Source: a bacterium (lineage in GTDB: Bacteria; Pseudomonadota; Alphaproteobacteria; Rs-D84; CACZYB01). Taken from it: a DNA stretch of 64,000 nucleotides. Where the stretch lies: assembly GCA_014803575.1 (NCBI GenBank), contig JAAVBO010000022.1:4138-68137 (forward strand), given 5' to 3'. Position numbers and translations under genes: made by a program. Positions 29,021-38,254 of this stretch are shown here, in pieces. The notes under the pieces were generated by a model. It saw only the letters and a list, made by a program, of their open reading frames with translations. It was not told the DNA's origin and ran no database searches. Position 1 is the stretch's first letter; the number at the start of each line of letters is the position of its first letter.

Positions 29021-29246
29021 TTGTGTGTCGGCGGTTCGATTGTCCTCGGGCTTTGCCCTCGTTCGTCCCGTAAGGCTCAACTTCGGACTTTGTCCTCGTT
29101 TTGCCAACTATCGACTCGTCCTCGGGCTTTGCCCTCGTTCGTCCCGTAAGCTTAAAGCATCGCCTTTGGCTCGCGTTTAAGCAACTATCGACTCCCGCCC
29201 CTCGCCACCATAAAAGGTTGAACTCCCTATTTTGGGAGTTTTTTTA
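29021..29246 (+). other. second copy of tRNA-Phe 3' end (att-like direct repeat) split by a 153-bp GC-rich insert, followed by duplicated terminator
   Basis: gtgtcggcggttcgatt (29024-29041) ... ccgcccctcgccaccataaaagg (29195-29217) match the tRNA 3' end; insert 29042-29194 = two 76-nt units each starting with tcctcgggctttgccctcgttcgtcccgtaag and ending aactatcgactc. Confidence 0.7.
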
Positions 29247-29341
29247 TGTTTAAAGTTTTTTTTCTTAAAAATTTTCTTTATCTCTTAACATTTTGCTTTT
29301 TTTATGGTATAATGTCGGGGAATAAAGTAAGGAGAGATATT

Positions 29342-30958
29342 ATGATAGGAGAAGGAAACTTCGGCTATAATTCACAAAATGATGATGATATTCAAAATTT
29401 TATTCCACGAATCACCGTAATGGGAGTTGGTGGTGCCGGTTGTAATGCCGTGGGAAATATGATTTCTCAGGGTATTGACGGTGTTGATTTTGTTGTTGCA
29501 AATACAGATGCTCAGTCTTTGATGCAATCAAAAGCATCAAGGAAAATCCAACTTGGAAAGCAAACAACTCGCGGTTTTGGTGCCGGTTCTCGTCCGGAAG
29601 TAGGGCAAAGTGCGGCGGAAGAATCCTTAAATGAAATTACTGATGTTATTAAAAACTCTAATATATTATTTTTAACTGGCGGTATGGGTGGCGGAACTGG
29701 TAGTGGTGCTATGCCCGTGATTGCCTCGGTTGCAAAGGAAAAGGGGATTTTAACGGTTGCAATTATTACTACACCTTTTGATTTTGAAGGGGAAAAGAAA
29801 AAGCGTATTGCAAAAGAGGCTATTTCCAAACTTATCCCTAATGTGGATTGTGTAATAACACTTCCTAATCAGAATTTATTTAAGGTTGCGGATAAGCAAA
29901 TGTCGTTTATGAATGCCTTTAAGTTATCTGATAATGTCCTTTATGAAGGGGTTAGAAATATTACAGATTTAATTATGAAACCTGGACTTATTAACCTTGA
30001 TTTTGCCGATATAAGGGCGGTTATGGAAGGACAAGGTAAGACAATAATCGGGACTTCTGTTCAAAGTGGTGAAAATAGGGCTTTAAAGGCGGTGGAAGGT
30101 GCTCTTCTTAATCCTCTGCTTTCTAATGAAAGTATAAGTGGAGCAAAGGGTATTCTTGTAAATATTACCGGTAATGCGTCAAATCTTTCCTTGGAAGAAG
30201 TTGGGGAGATTATGAATACCATTAGAGCCGGAATAAATTCAGAAGATACGAATTTTGTATTTGGAACTTGCTTTGATGATTCTATGGGTGACAGTTTGAA
30301 AGTTGCAATTATTGCAACCGGAATTGATGGTGCAAACGTATCGCAAAAGCCGGTCCTCAGCAGTTTTGATAGTTTTACATCTGAGGTTGTAAAACCTACA
30401 CCTTATTCATTTGAGGAAGAAAAGAAAGTTGAAATTAAAATGGAAGAACCTGTTATCAAAGAAGATAATTTGAAAGTTAAACAGGAACCGATTGTAAATA
30501 CTGATAAACTTGATAGTTTTTTTGAAACCGGTGATGAAAAGGATATTCAAAGTTTTATTGATGAGGAAGCAGAAAAGCTTAACATTGCAAGTAATGTAAC
30601 AAATGAACTTTTTGCCGATAAATCAGATAAAATTTCATCTTCTGATGATGATGGTGATGATAATCCGGAACCACCAAAGGGAAAAAAGAAAAATCCTTTG
30701 TCATCATTTTTTGATATGATTGGAGAAAAAGGTAATGATGATACTTTCTTTGAAGATGTTGATTTGGGAAAGGATGATGATATTACTTTTAAGAAAGAAG
30801 AGCAAATTTCCGATAAAAAGGAAGAAGATAATGTCGTTTTTTTAGCAGGTAGTCTTGATACTAAAAATCAAGAGGATAAGCAAATTGATTTGATGGAAAT
30901 GATTAAAAAAATGGAGGAAACTTTGGAAATACCTGCAATATTTAAAAAAGGTTCTTAA
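29342..30958 (+). CDS. ftsZ: cell division GTPase FtsZ (long acidic C-terminal linker)
   Basis: GVGGAGCNAV, GGGTGSG tubulin signature; ATG 29342 with RBS aggagag preferred over ORF-track start 29246. Confidence 0.9.
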   Translation: MIGEGNFGYNSQNDDDIQNFIPRITVMGVGGAGCNAVGNMISQGIDGVDFVVANTDAQSLMQSKASRKIQLGKQTTRGFGAGSRPEVGQSAAEESLNEITDVIKNSNILFLTGGMGGGTGSGAMPVIASVAKEKGILTVAIITTPFDFEGEKKKRIAKEAISKLIPNVDCVITLPNQNLFKVADKQMSFMNAFKLSDNVLYEGVRNITDLIMKPGLINLDFADIRAVMEGQGKTIIGTSVQSGENRALKAVEGALLNPLLSNESISGAKGILVNITGNASNLSLEEVGEIMNTIRAGINSEDTNFVFGTCFDDSMGDSLKVAIIATGIDGANVSQKPVLSSFDSFTSEVVKPTPYSFEEEKKVEIKMEEPVIKEDNLKVKQEPIVNTDKLDSFFETGDEKDIQSFIDEEAEKLNIASNVTNELFADKSDKISSSDDDGDDNPEPPKGKKKNPLSSFFDMIGEKGNDDTFFEDVDLGKDDDITFKKEEQISDKKEEDNVVFLAGSLDTKNQEDKQIDLMEMIKKMEETLEIPAIFKKGS

Positions 30959-30979
30959 AAGTTTATTTTTGCTGTTTGT

Positions 30980-31010
30980 CCCTTTGATTTTTTTCAAAGG
31001 GATTTTTTTT
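30980..31010 (+). terminator. Rho-independent terminator after ftsZ
   Basis: ccctttga-tttttt-tcaaaggg hairpin + T8. Confidence 0.6.
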
Positions 31011-31033
31011 ATTTATAAATAAAGGAGTGAAAT

Positions 31034-32530
31034 ATGATAGAAACAAATATTACAGATAAAAATATGATAGACGGTATTTACGAAAGGTATATTAATGCCT
31101 TGGAAAAACGTGCCGTTTGGGAAAATTATTGGGAGGAATGTTATGAATATGCTTTGCCACAAAAAAGCGGGATTTTCAAAAATGATAATGGCAGTGTGAA
31201 AAAAAATTCGACTGTTTTTGATTCAACTGCGGAATCTGCAGTAGACAGACTTGCCAGTAGTCTTCTTTCTCAACTTACACCGCCTTGGTCAAAATGGTTC
31301 GGGCTTGAATTTGGAATTGATATAAGTGATGATGAGGAAAGGTCGGAAAAGGTTCTTCAACTTGAAAATATTGAAAAAATTTTGCAATCGCATTTTGACA
31401 GGTCTAATTTTTATGTGGAGGCACATCAATGCTATCTTGATTTGATAACTGTCGGAACGGCGGTTATGTTATTTGAAGAAAATGCGGTCGGTGAAAATTC
31501 TGCGTTTAAATTTACGGCCGTGCCTATGAATGAAATTGTTTTTGAAGATAGCGGAAATGGAAAATTGGATAGTGTGTTTAGGCGTTCTAATGTTTCTCTT
31601 TCCAATTTGAAATCAAGGTTTGTAAATAGTGTTTTTGATGAAAGACAACAAGATATTATTTCAAAAAATTCTGATAAAAAAGTTTATGTGATTGAGGTGG
31701 TAGTTCCTCGTATTACCTCAACCGGACAACAAGGATATAATTACTTTGCGTTTGTGGATGATGTTGATGGAATATTTGGCAGTGATGAAAGAATTGTCCT
31801 TAAAACCGGAGTATTTGCAAATTCTCCGTTTATTTGTTTCAGATGGCAGAAGGTAAGTTCCGAAATATATGGAAGATCGCCCGTGATGAAGGCACTTCCC
31901 GATATTAAAACTGCAAACAAGGTTGTAGAGCTTATCCTTAAAAATGCGTCTATTGCGGTAAGCGGTATTTGGCAGGCGGATGATGACGGGATTCTAAATC
32001 CTCAGAATATTACTCTTGCCCCCGGAACTATTATACCAAAGGCAGTTGGATCTGCCGGACTTACACCTATCAGAAGCGGTGCTGATTTTGATGTGTCGCA
32101 ACTTGTTCTTTCTGATTTAAGGGCCAATATCAACAGGTGCTTATTGGTGGATCAATTGACTGCTTCGTCCGGTGGTAAAATGACTGCTACGGAAGTGATA
32201 GAGCGAATAAATCAGATATCCCGTATTTTGGGTGCGACTTATGGCAGATTGCAATCGGAGTTTTTGACTCCTGTCATTATTCGTGCGGTTAGCATTTTGA
32301 AGCGTCGCGGGGAAATTTCTGATATAATGGTGAATGGGTATGAAGTTGATTTGAAGTATCAATCTCCACTTGCGCAAAATCAGATAGTTCGCGATGCCGA
32401 AAATGTTTTAAATTGGATAAAAACTTTGGCTGAATTTGGTGAAGATGCAATGAGTATTATTGATAAAAAGGCTGTCGCATTATGGCTTGGTAAAGTTTTT
32501 GGTGTGTCTGAAAAATTGATTATATCTTAG
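31034..32530 (+). CDS. T7 gp8-like portal (head-to-tail connector) protein
   Basis: EIYGRSPV ~ T7 gp8 ESYGRSYI; GGKMTATEVIERINQISRILGATYGRLQSEFLTPV ~ GERVTAEEIRYVASELEDTLGGVYSILSQELQLPL (from memory). Confidence 0.75.
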   Translation: MIETNITDKNMIDGIYERYINALEKRAVWENYWEECYEYALPQKSGIFKNDNGSVKKNSTVFDSTAESAVDRLASSLLSQLTPPWSKWFGLEFGIDISDDEERSEKVLQLENIEKILQSHFDRSNFYVEAHQCYLDLITVGTAVMLFEENAVGENSAFKFTAVPMNEIVFEDSGNGKLDSVFRRSNVSLSNLKSRFVNSVFDERQQDIISKNSDKKVYVIEVVVPRITSTGQQGYNYFAFVDDVDGIFGSDERIVLKTGVFANSPFICFRWQKVSSEIYGRSPVMKALPDIKTANKVVELILKNASIAVSGIWQADDDGILNPQNITLAPGTIIPKAVGSAGLTPIRSGADFDVSQLVLSDLRANINRCLLVDQLTASSGGKMTATEVIERINQISRILGATYGRLQSEFLTPVIIRAVSILKRRGEISDIMVNGYEVDLKYQSPLAQNQIVRDAENVLNWIKTLAEFGEDAMSIIDKKAVALWLGKVFGVSEKLIIS

Positions 32531-32545
32531 TTTAAAGAGGTTATT

Positions 32546-33427
32546 ATGGAAGAAGATTTGAGTAAGCCTTTTTTGGTCGGGTTTGATGTCCTTAAAATAC
32601 CTGTGATTGAAAATGGAAAACCTACTTGGGAAGAAAAGTTTCCGATTCAAAAAATAGAGGAGCTTAAGGCACGAGTTGGAATTAAAAAATTTTCTTCCCA
32701 AATGATGTTGATGCCTATTGATACAAATAAGGGTAGGTTCGATGTAAAAAAATTAAAATTTTATTCATCAGAACTTCTTATGGAAGAAAGAAACAGGCTT
32801 CTTAATTTTTCAATTAATGGGAATAAGGTTGTAAGTTGTTCTTGTTGGTGGGATCCGTCCTATGGGTCAAGAGGTGGTGACGGAAGTGTAATTTCTGTTG
32901 TTTTTATTGATGAAGTGGGGCGATATTATCTTCATGATGTAAAGTATTTATATCATTCTGATGGGAATGCAGAGGAAATTCAGTCTGCGGTTGACCAATG
33001 TAGGCAAGTGGGCGAATTTTTGCGGGAAAATCATATACCTTCTGTGTATGTGGAAAGTAATGGCATAGGCAAATTTTTGCCGGGGTTTTTAAGAGGAGAG
33101 CTTTCAAAAATGGGGGTAAATGCTACTGTTATTGAAAAAACATCCAGAATTTCAAAGAATTTGAGGATTTTAGATGCGTTTGATGTGATTATTTCCGCTG
33201 GGTATCTTTTTGTGAATGAAAAGGTTAAAGATACGCCTTGGATTGCAGAATTTTGTGATTGGGGTGTGGATACAAAATCGCATGATGACGGGCTTGACAG
33301 TGTTGCGGGGGCTATTTCTTCGCAACCGGTCAGACTTCCTTTGACTTTGTTTTCCGGTTTAAAGGGCAGGTATAGTTTGGCCGGAAAAACCTTTAAAATA
33401 AAGACTAATTTTGATATAGATTTTTAA
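32546..33427 (+). CDS. T7 gp19-like large terminase, C-terminal nuclease half (stand-alone ORF)
   Basis: FSSQMMLMP ~ FTLQFMLNP; WWDPSYGSRGGDGSVISVV ~ VIDPSGRGKDETGYAVLYT; HDDGLDSVAGAIS ~ HDDRLDALALGIE; own RBS aagagg 15 bp after portal stop. Confidence 0.8.
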   Translation: MEEDLSKPFLVGFDVLKIPVIENGKPTWEEKFPIQKIEELKARVGIKKFSSQMMLMPIDTNKGRFDVKKLKFYSSELLMEERNRLLNFSINGNKVVSCSCWWDPSYGSRGGDGSVISVVFIDEVGRYYLHDVKYLYHSDGNAEEIQSAVDQCRQVGEFLRENHIPSVYVESNGIGKFLPGFLRGELSKMGVNATVIEKTSRISKNLRILDAFDVIISAGYLFVNEKVKDTPWIAEFCDWGVDTKSHDDGLDSVAGAISSQPVRLPLTLFSGLKGRYSLAGKTFKIKTNFDIDF

Positions 33428-33442
33428 ATCGACAAATAATTA

Positions 33443-33471
33443 TTGACAAATCATATTTTTAAGTTTATATT
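33443..33471 (+). promoter_or_regulatory. sigma70-like promoter (TTGACA-17-TATATT)
   Basis: Seen in sequence; shares 18-nt caaataattattgacaaa with promoter at 25087-25104. Confidence 0.45.
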
Positions 33472-33501
33472 ATAACTATATTTTAATAAAAGAGGTATGA
33501 T

Positions 33502-34158
33502 ATGAATATGGATAATAAAAAATATTATATTGTATTTACAGGATTATTTTTAATCTTTGTAGGTTTCTTTGTTTATTTTATCGATTCGTCTAAAAAGGTA
33601 GAAAATAAAACAGTTAGTTTGACAAAACCTGTTTCTTATTCTGTGGAAACCGTGAAAGTGGTGAAAGTTGTTCAGGCGGAAAAACCAAAGGGATTGCCTC
33701 TTAATTATGTGTATGAAATTCCTAATTTTGAAAGAAGTATACCTTATTATTTAGGAACAAAGAGATTTATTGAAGAATTGGATAATTTTCAAATTATTTG
33801 CAGTGGAAAAAATTGCAACAGGCAGATTTTGACCGGCAAAAATGCAACAACTTCTAACTGTAATAGAAAAAATAATGTTAAAATTAAGGTTGTCAGAGGT
33901 GATGTGACTTTTTCAAAGAATAATTTGAAATATCTTAAAAGTAATACAAAGATAGTTGGTGATTTATATATTCGTGATATAAATTTCCTTAAAATTCCGA
34001 AAAATTTTGCTGTGATTGGAAATGTTTATGTTATAAATTCCGATGGACTTACTTTTATGGGTAAAAATTTTATTGATGGTCATATTTTTGTGAAGGGTAA
34101 GAGCAGTATCAGGGCTCTTCCATACGATGTAAAATTAACTGGTCAAATATTTATTTAA
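33502..34158 (+). CDS. membrane-anchored hypothetical protein
   Basis: N-terminal TM; repetitive beta-rich C-terminus; no motif. Confidence 0.4.
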   Translation: MNMDNKKYYIVFTGLFLIFVGFFVYFIDSSKKVENKTVSLTKPVSYSVETVKVVKVVQAEKPKGLPLNYVYEIPNFERSIPYYLGTKRFIEELDNFQIICSGKNCNRQILTGKNATTSNCNRKNNVKIKVVRGDVTFSKNNLKYLKSNTKIVGDLYIRDINFLKIPKNFAVIGNVYVINSDGLTFMGKNFIDGHIFVKGKSSIRALPYDVKLTGQIFI

Positions 34159-34181
34159 TTTTGTTTGTTTTTGATGATAAA

Positions 34182-34208
34182 GGGGTGGTTTTGCCACCTC
34201 TTTTTTTT
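34182..34208 (+). terminator. Rho-independent terminator
   Basis: ggggtgg-tttt-gccacctc hairpin + T8. Confidence 0.6.
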
Positions 34209-34223
34209 ATATAAGGAGGAAAT

Positions 34224-34463
34224 ATGGATGAAAATTTAGATGTATTATTAAAAGATAATAAAGAATATTTTGATAACATAGAGGTGGATTTTGTAAGAAC
34301 CTTTAATAGCCAGAGCGGTAAGAAGGTTTTGAAATATCTTATACTTTTAAGTCTTGGTAGATATTTGCCACCGAATGCGACTAATGAAGAACTTCATTAT
34401 TTAGAAGGGGAACGTTTTCTTGTATCCTTTATTTTAAATATGATAAAGAAGGGTAAGAATTAA
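34224..34463 (+). CDS. small hypothetical protein (79 aa)
   Basis: RBS aaggagg; no motif. Confidence 0.35.
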   Translation: MDENLDVLLKDNKEYFDNIEVDFVRTFNSQSGKKVLKYLILLSLGRYLPPNATNEELHYLEGERFLVSFILNMIKKGKN

Positions 34464-35323
34464 TTTTTGTTATTTATATTTTTAAGTGGTATGTTGATAG
34501 TATTTAATACTGTTAATAATTCGTTTTTGGCGGCGATGTGTGAAAGGGTGATTTCTTCTTTGCCTATTTCCATAAGGTCAAGTATTGTTAATCCCTTTAA
34601 AAACATTTCTCTGTATACTACTCGTTCGCCAATTCCCGATATGTAATTAAATCCTATTTGTTGTTGAAGCAGTCTTAGTATTTGGTCTACTTCACGTTTG
34701 TTTTTTGCATCAATGTGTGAAATTCTGTTTCTTAATACTATCCAACGGAGTTCAGGTTTACCAAGTTCTGCTCTTTTTTGTTGGATAAATCTTATATTGT
34801 TGGTGTATTGTGATTCTGATATAATGTTTTTTGTGTATGGATCTATGTTTGCGATTACATCAATATCTACTAAACTATCATTTACAGGAGTGATTAGTAT
34901 ATCTGCGTTTTTATGTCCGGCGGTTGAAAGATGATTGTATGTTCCGGGGGTATCAATTATGATTATATCGTATTCTTTTTTTAAATCCTTTATTTCTGCA
35001 TCAAGTTGTTGTTCGTCCTCGGAAGAGCTTTTTTTATTTGAAAATTGTGATGGAGTGACGACCAAATGTTCAGGCATAGGAAGAGTTATATGGTTATCGT
35101 TTGCATAACGAATTCTGTTTTCTATGTAATGGGTAAGGGTGCCTTGACGACCATCTAAATCTATGGTTGCAACCTTGTATCCTGCATATAGGTAGGCAAC
35201 TGCCAAATGTATTGACATAGTAGATTTTCCACTGCCTCCCTTTTCGTTTCCAACGACTATTACATACGAATTATCGCTCATTTCCTTTTCTCCGTTTGAT
35301 ATTATACTATTTTTTTTAGTCAA
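34460..35323 (-). CDS. ParA/MinD-family P-loop ATPase (MipZ-like)
   Basis: Deviant Walker [14 protein letters not shown]; size ~287 aa and sequence pattern like alphaproteobacterial MipZ. Confidence 0.65.
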   Translation of the reverse strand: MTKKNSIISNGEKEMSDNSYVIVVGNEKGGSGKSTMSIHLAVAYLYAGYKVATIDLDGRQGTLTHYIENRIRYANDNHITLPMPEHLVVTPSQFSNKKSSSEDEQQLDAEIKDLKKEYDIIIIDTPGTYNHLSTAGHKNADILITPVNDSLVDIDVIANIDPYTKNIISESQYTNNIRFIQQKRAELGKPELRWIVLRNRISHIDAKNKREVDQILRLLQQQIGFNYISGIGERVVYREMFLKGLTILDLMEIGKEEITLSHIAAKNELLTVLNTINIPLKNINNKN

Positions 35324-35384
35324 AATAAAGAGATTTTATTAATTTTTTTGCAATTTTTGTTTTTTGTGTATATACTTTTTGTAT

Positions 35385-35461
35385 GCACCCATAGCTCAGC
35401 TGAATAGAGCGTTGGTTTCCGGAGCCAAAGGTCAGAGGTTTGAATCCTCTTGGGTGCACCA
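35385..35461 (+). tRNA. tRNA-Arg (CCG)
   Basis: Acceptor gcaccca/tgggtgc, anticodon loop uuCCGga, T-loop ttgaatc, encoded CCA. Confidence 0.8.
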
Positions 35462-35536
35462 AATAAATTGTTTGCAATATATAGGAAAATTTATTATAAT
35501 TTTATTTAGGATTAACAAATCAAGGAGTTTTTTATT

Positions 35537-36127
35537 ATGAGATTAGTAGGAATGGAAGATAAAGATAAAAACAAATATATTGATGTTGCTTTTAAGGTTT
35601 ATAAAAGTGTTCTTCCTGAGCTTAAAAATGCAAAGGCTGGTGAATATCCTATAAATAATGGATTTCGTCTTTTGCTTCAGGAATATATCACAAAAACTTT
35701 TAATGATGATTCTCAAATTGAATGGCACAGAAAAAATCATGATGTGTTTATAATTGTAGATGGTCATTATGAAACTGTTGCTGGTATAGGAAAAGGTGCC
35801 GAAGATTTTGATAATTATAAATTTGATGAAGATAAAGATGTTGGTTTTACATCTGCTGTTCCATATAAATATCTTTTATCTTTTTTTAAATTTCACAAAG
35901 ATGAAATTTTACATTTTGAACCAAATGATTTGCATATTTCTCAAATTGCGATGGATGTTGAATCAGCGAAAATTAAAAAATGTTGCTTTAAAATTGTTGA
36001 TGGACACGAATGTAATGTTTCATTGGAAGAAATTGAAAAGTTTAGAAAATCATTAGAAGCAAATAAAGTTGAAAAGCAAAAAGAGGTTGATATTAACAGC
36101 ATTAAAAATGCTCTTTTTGATAGATAA
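35537..36127 (+). CDS. hypothetical protein
   Basis: No motif. Confidence 0.4.
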   Translation: MRLVGMEDKDKNKYIDVAFKVYKSVLPELKNAKAGEYPINNGFRLLLQEYITKTFNDDSQIEWHRKNHDVFIIVDGHYETVAGIGKGAEDFDNYKFDEDKDVGFTSAVPYKYLLSFFKFHKDEILHFEPNDLHISQIAMDVESAKIKKCCFKIVDGHECNVSLEEIEKFRKSLEANKVEKQKEVDINSIKNALFDR

Positions 36128-36153
36128 AACTGTTGTTTATAAAAGTTTTTTTT

Positions 36154-36190
36154 GGAGTCCTTTTAAATATTTTAACGGACTCTTTTTTTT
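36154..36190 (+). terminator. Rho-independent terminator
   Basis: ggagtcc...ggactc hairpin + T8. Confidence 0.55.
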
Positions 36191-36376
36191 ATAGTAGATT
36201 CTTTGTCGTTTTTATGTAATTTAAAATTTTTATACTTTAAATATACGTGCTTAATTCTTTGATTCTTCTTAATTAAATTTTTTTGTTTAAAAAAATGAAA
36301 AAAAATTGTGGAAATTTCAAAAATATACTATATATTTGTTTTTTGTAAGATAAATTTTAAGTATAAGGAGTAAAAA

Positions 36377-37375
36377 ATGGAAGAAATTATTTTCCCTAAT
36401 AAAATAAGATTATTAAGAAAAATGGCTGGAAAGTCTATGCAAGATTTAGCAGATCAACTTGGGGTCAGTTTGTCTGCGATTTCCAAAATCGAAAAGGGAT
36501 ACAGAAAAATTGACCAAGAGCAAATGATGATTGTTGCAAATTTTTTGGGTTGTGCTATGACTGATATTTTCATTTCCGAAGATGAAGAAGATGAAGCTAT
36601 ACTTATGGCTTGGAAAAAGGAAATTGAAAGACGTGTTCAACTTAACCAAAATAACGGACTTAAAATTTTCGGTGCAGGATTAAGACTTATCCGTAGCAAT
36701 AAAGATATGACTTTGATGGAAGTGGCAGAAGCTGCTGGTCTTACTCTTTCTGTTTATCACAGAATTGAAATAGGTCAACGCGAAATCTATGAACAGGAAC
36801 TTTTCAATATTGCTCGTGCTTTGGGTATGACTACAAAGGAAGTTCTTACTAAAATTTATGAACTTAAAAAGGATGGAAGTCTTGACAGATTCTTAAATGC
36901 AAATAACAATCCGATTGATTCCATTGCAAAGATGAGTGATATACTTAAAACAACTGAAAATGTTTATACTCCTTCCGGTGTAGTGAAGTTTAATAAGGTT
37001 CTTGTATACTCAAAAACTTTGGAAAACGGTAATATGATTGTTGATAAAACAAATAAAGATTATATCGTTTATCCGGTAAGTGATAAAAAAGTTGAAAACA
37101 TTTATGCGTTGGAACTTTCAAGCCGTAGACTTGGTAATATAATTCCTATGCGTTCAATTCTTTTCGTGGATGGTAATCAAGCGGTTAGAAGCGGAGATAT
37201 TGCCGTTCAAGTTCTTAGAGATATGGAAGAAAAAATGGAAATTCGTTTTGTATCCGTAAGGGAGGATATTGACGGTAAATTCTATGGCGTTATGTTCAAT
37301 CCAGATGAAAAAGTTGAACTTAATTCAAACGAACTCAGCAAACTTCAAAGAGTTGTGCTTATTTCTATGAATTAG
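36377..37375 (+). CDS. XRE-family transcriptional regulator with two HTH domains and a C-terminal domain
   Basis: Two Cro/C1-type HTH segments (IRLLRKMAGKSMQDLADQLGVSLSAISKIEKG; LRLIRSNKDMTLMEVAEAAGLTLSVYHRIEIG). Confidence 0.65.
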   Translation: MEEIIFPNKIRLLRKMAGKSMQDLADQLGVSLSAISKIEKGYRKIDQEQMMIVANFLGCAMTDIFISEDEEDEAILMAWKKEIERRVQLNQNNGLKIFGAGLRLIRSNKDMTLMEVAEAAGLTLSVYHRIEIGQREIYEQELFNIARALGMTTKEVLTKIYELKKDGSLDRFLNANNNPIDSIAKMSDILKTTENVYTPSGVVKFNKVLVYSKTLENGNMIVDKTNKDYIVYPVSDKKVENIYALELSSRRLGNIIPMRSILFVDGNQAVRSGDIAVQVLRDMEEKMEIRFVSVREDIDGKFYGVMFNPDEKVELNSNELSKLQRVVLISMN

Positions 37376-37425
37376 TTTTGTTTTATTTTATTTGAGGGGG
37401 AGAGAAGTTGTGATATGCAATTTCT

Positions 37426-38244
37426 TTGGAATATATGGCAGAAAACGGAAAAAATAAAGTAAATTTTACTGAATTTCAGGCTAAGGAAAGGGCTATTGCA
37501 GTTGGAAAAAAGTATCTTAATCTTTTTCACCAACTTCATGTGATTACCGCTGGTTTGACTGTTTTGAATAAGGAGTTTATTGCTCTTCCTGATAATGTTG
37601 TGGAAATTTTACCGGAGCTTGCCGGTGGAGCAAAATTCAGACAGCATATACAGAATCTTAAAGACGGTATTACTCCTATTGATAAGATTGATTTTGATTT
37701 ACTTCCTTTTGGACCAGAGGTTTTTGAGGATAAAAAATTGCTTGAAAAGTATGTGCAATATGATACTCCGAGAAGAGAACAAGTTGTGCGTGAGGAAAAG
37801 CAAGTTTCACCTGTGAAAAAAGAGGAAGAGGTTGTTGTAAAGCAAGTTGTTGATGCCGATGTGGATAGTGATTTGGCAAATGATAATGCAAAGGTGATAT
37901 TTGACCTTCTTCGTAAATTTCAAAATAATCCTAAGGACTTAGAAGCCTTTAAATCAAAAGAAGAGGTGCGTGATTTCGGTCCGGAATGGAAATCAAAAAT
38001 TTCTGATTTGATTATGAAATCTGATGTGGCAGATAAGGCTAATTTGAAAAAGGTTTTTGATGGACTTTGTGTGTTTGATTATGCTTTGAATGTTTGGCAA
38101 GAGGCTGTCGGTTTGGTGAAAAATCCCAAATTGAAAAGCAAAGATGAAATTTCCTCTAAACTTCCCGAATATAAAAAGTATTTGAATATGTTTGGAGCAG
38201 GCGGAAAAAGTTTGTATGAAAAAATTGAAGCTTTAACAAAGTAG
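37426..38244 (+). CDS. hypothetical protein (272 aa), charged
   Basis: No motif. Confidence 0.4.
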   Translation: MEYMAENGKNKVNFTEFQAKERAIAVGKKYLNLFHQLHVITAGLTVLNKEFIALPDNVVEILPELAGGAKFRQHIQNLKDGITPIDKIDFDLLPFGPEVFEDKKLLEKYVQYDTPRREQVVREEKQVSPVKKEEEVVVKQVVDADVDSDLANDNAKVIFDLLRKFQNNPKDLEAFKSKEEVRDFGPEWKSKISDLIMKSDVADKANLKKVFDGLCVFDYALNVWQEAVGLVKNPKLKSKDEISSKLPEYKKYLNMFGAGGKSLYEKIEALTK

Positions 38245-38254
38245 GGAAATTACT

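Noticed and set aside
28950-29180. 76-aa ORF across the tRNA-Phe 3' end and GC-rich insert
   Set aside because: It spans a tRNA gene, terminator and repeat units, has no RBS, and its translation (PRHHKRSDSRFREFF...) is repeat-driven.
29246-30958. ftsZ as a phage-borne gene inside the prophage-like region
   Set aside because: The long acidic C-terminal linker and conserved C-terminal peptide are typical of chromosomal alphaproteobacterial FtsZ. More likely it is a host gene juxtaposed by rearrangement; this cannot be excluded without the whole genome.
15705-35461. Intact inducible T7-like prophage
   Set aside because: No integrase, RNA polymerase, DNA polymerase/primase, internal core proteins gp14-16 or small terminase were found on either strand. 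The terminase is split, the fibre truncated, and host genes are interspersed.
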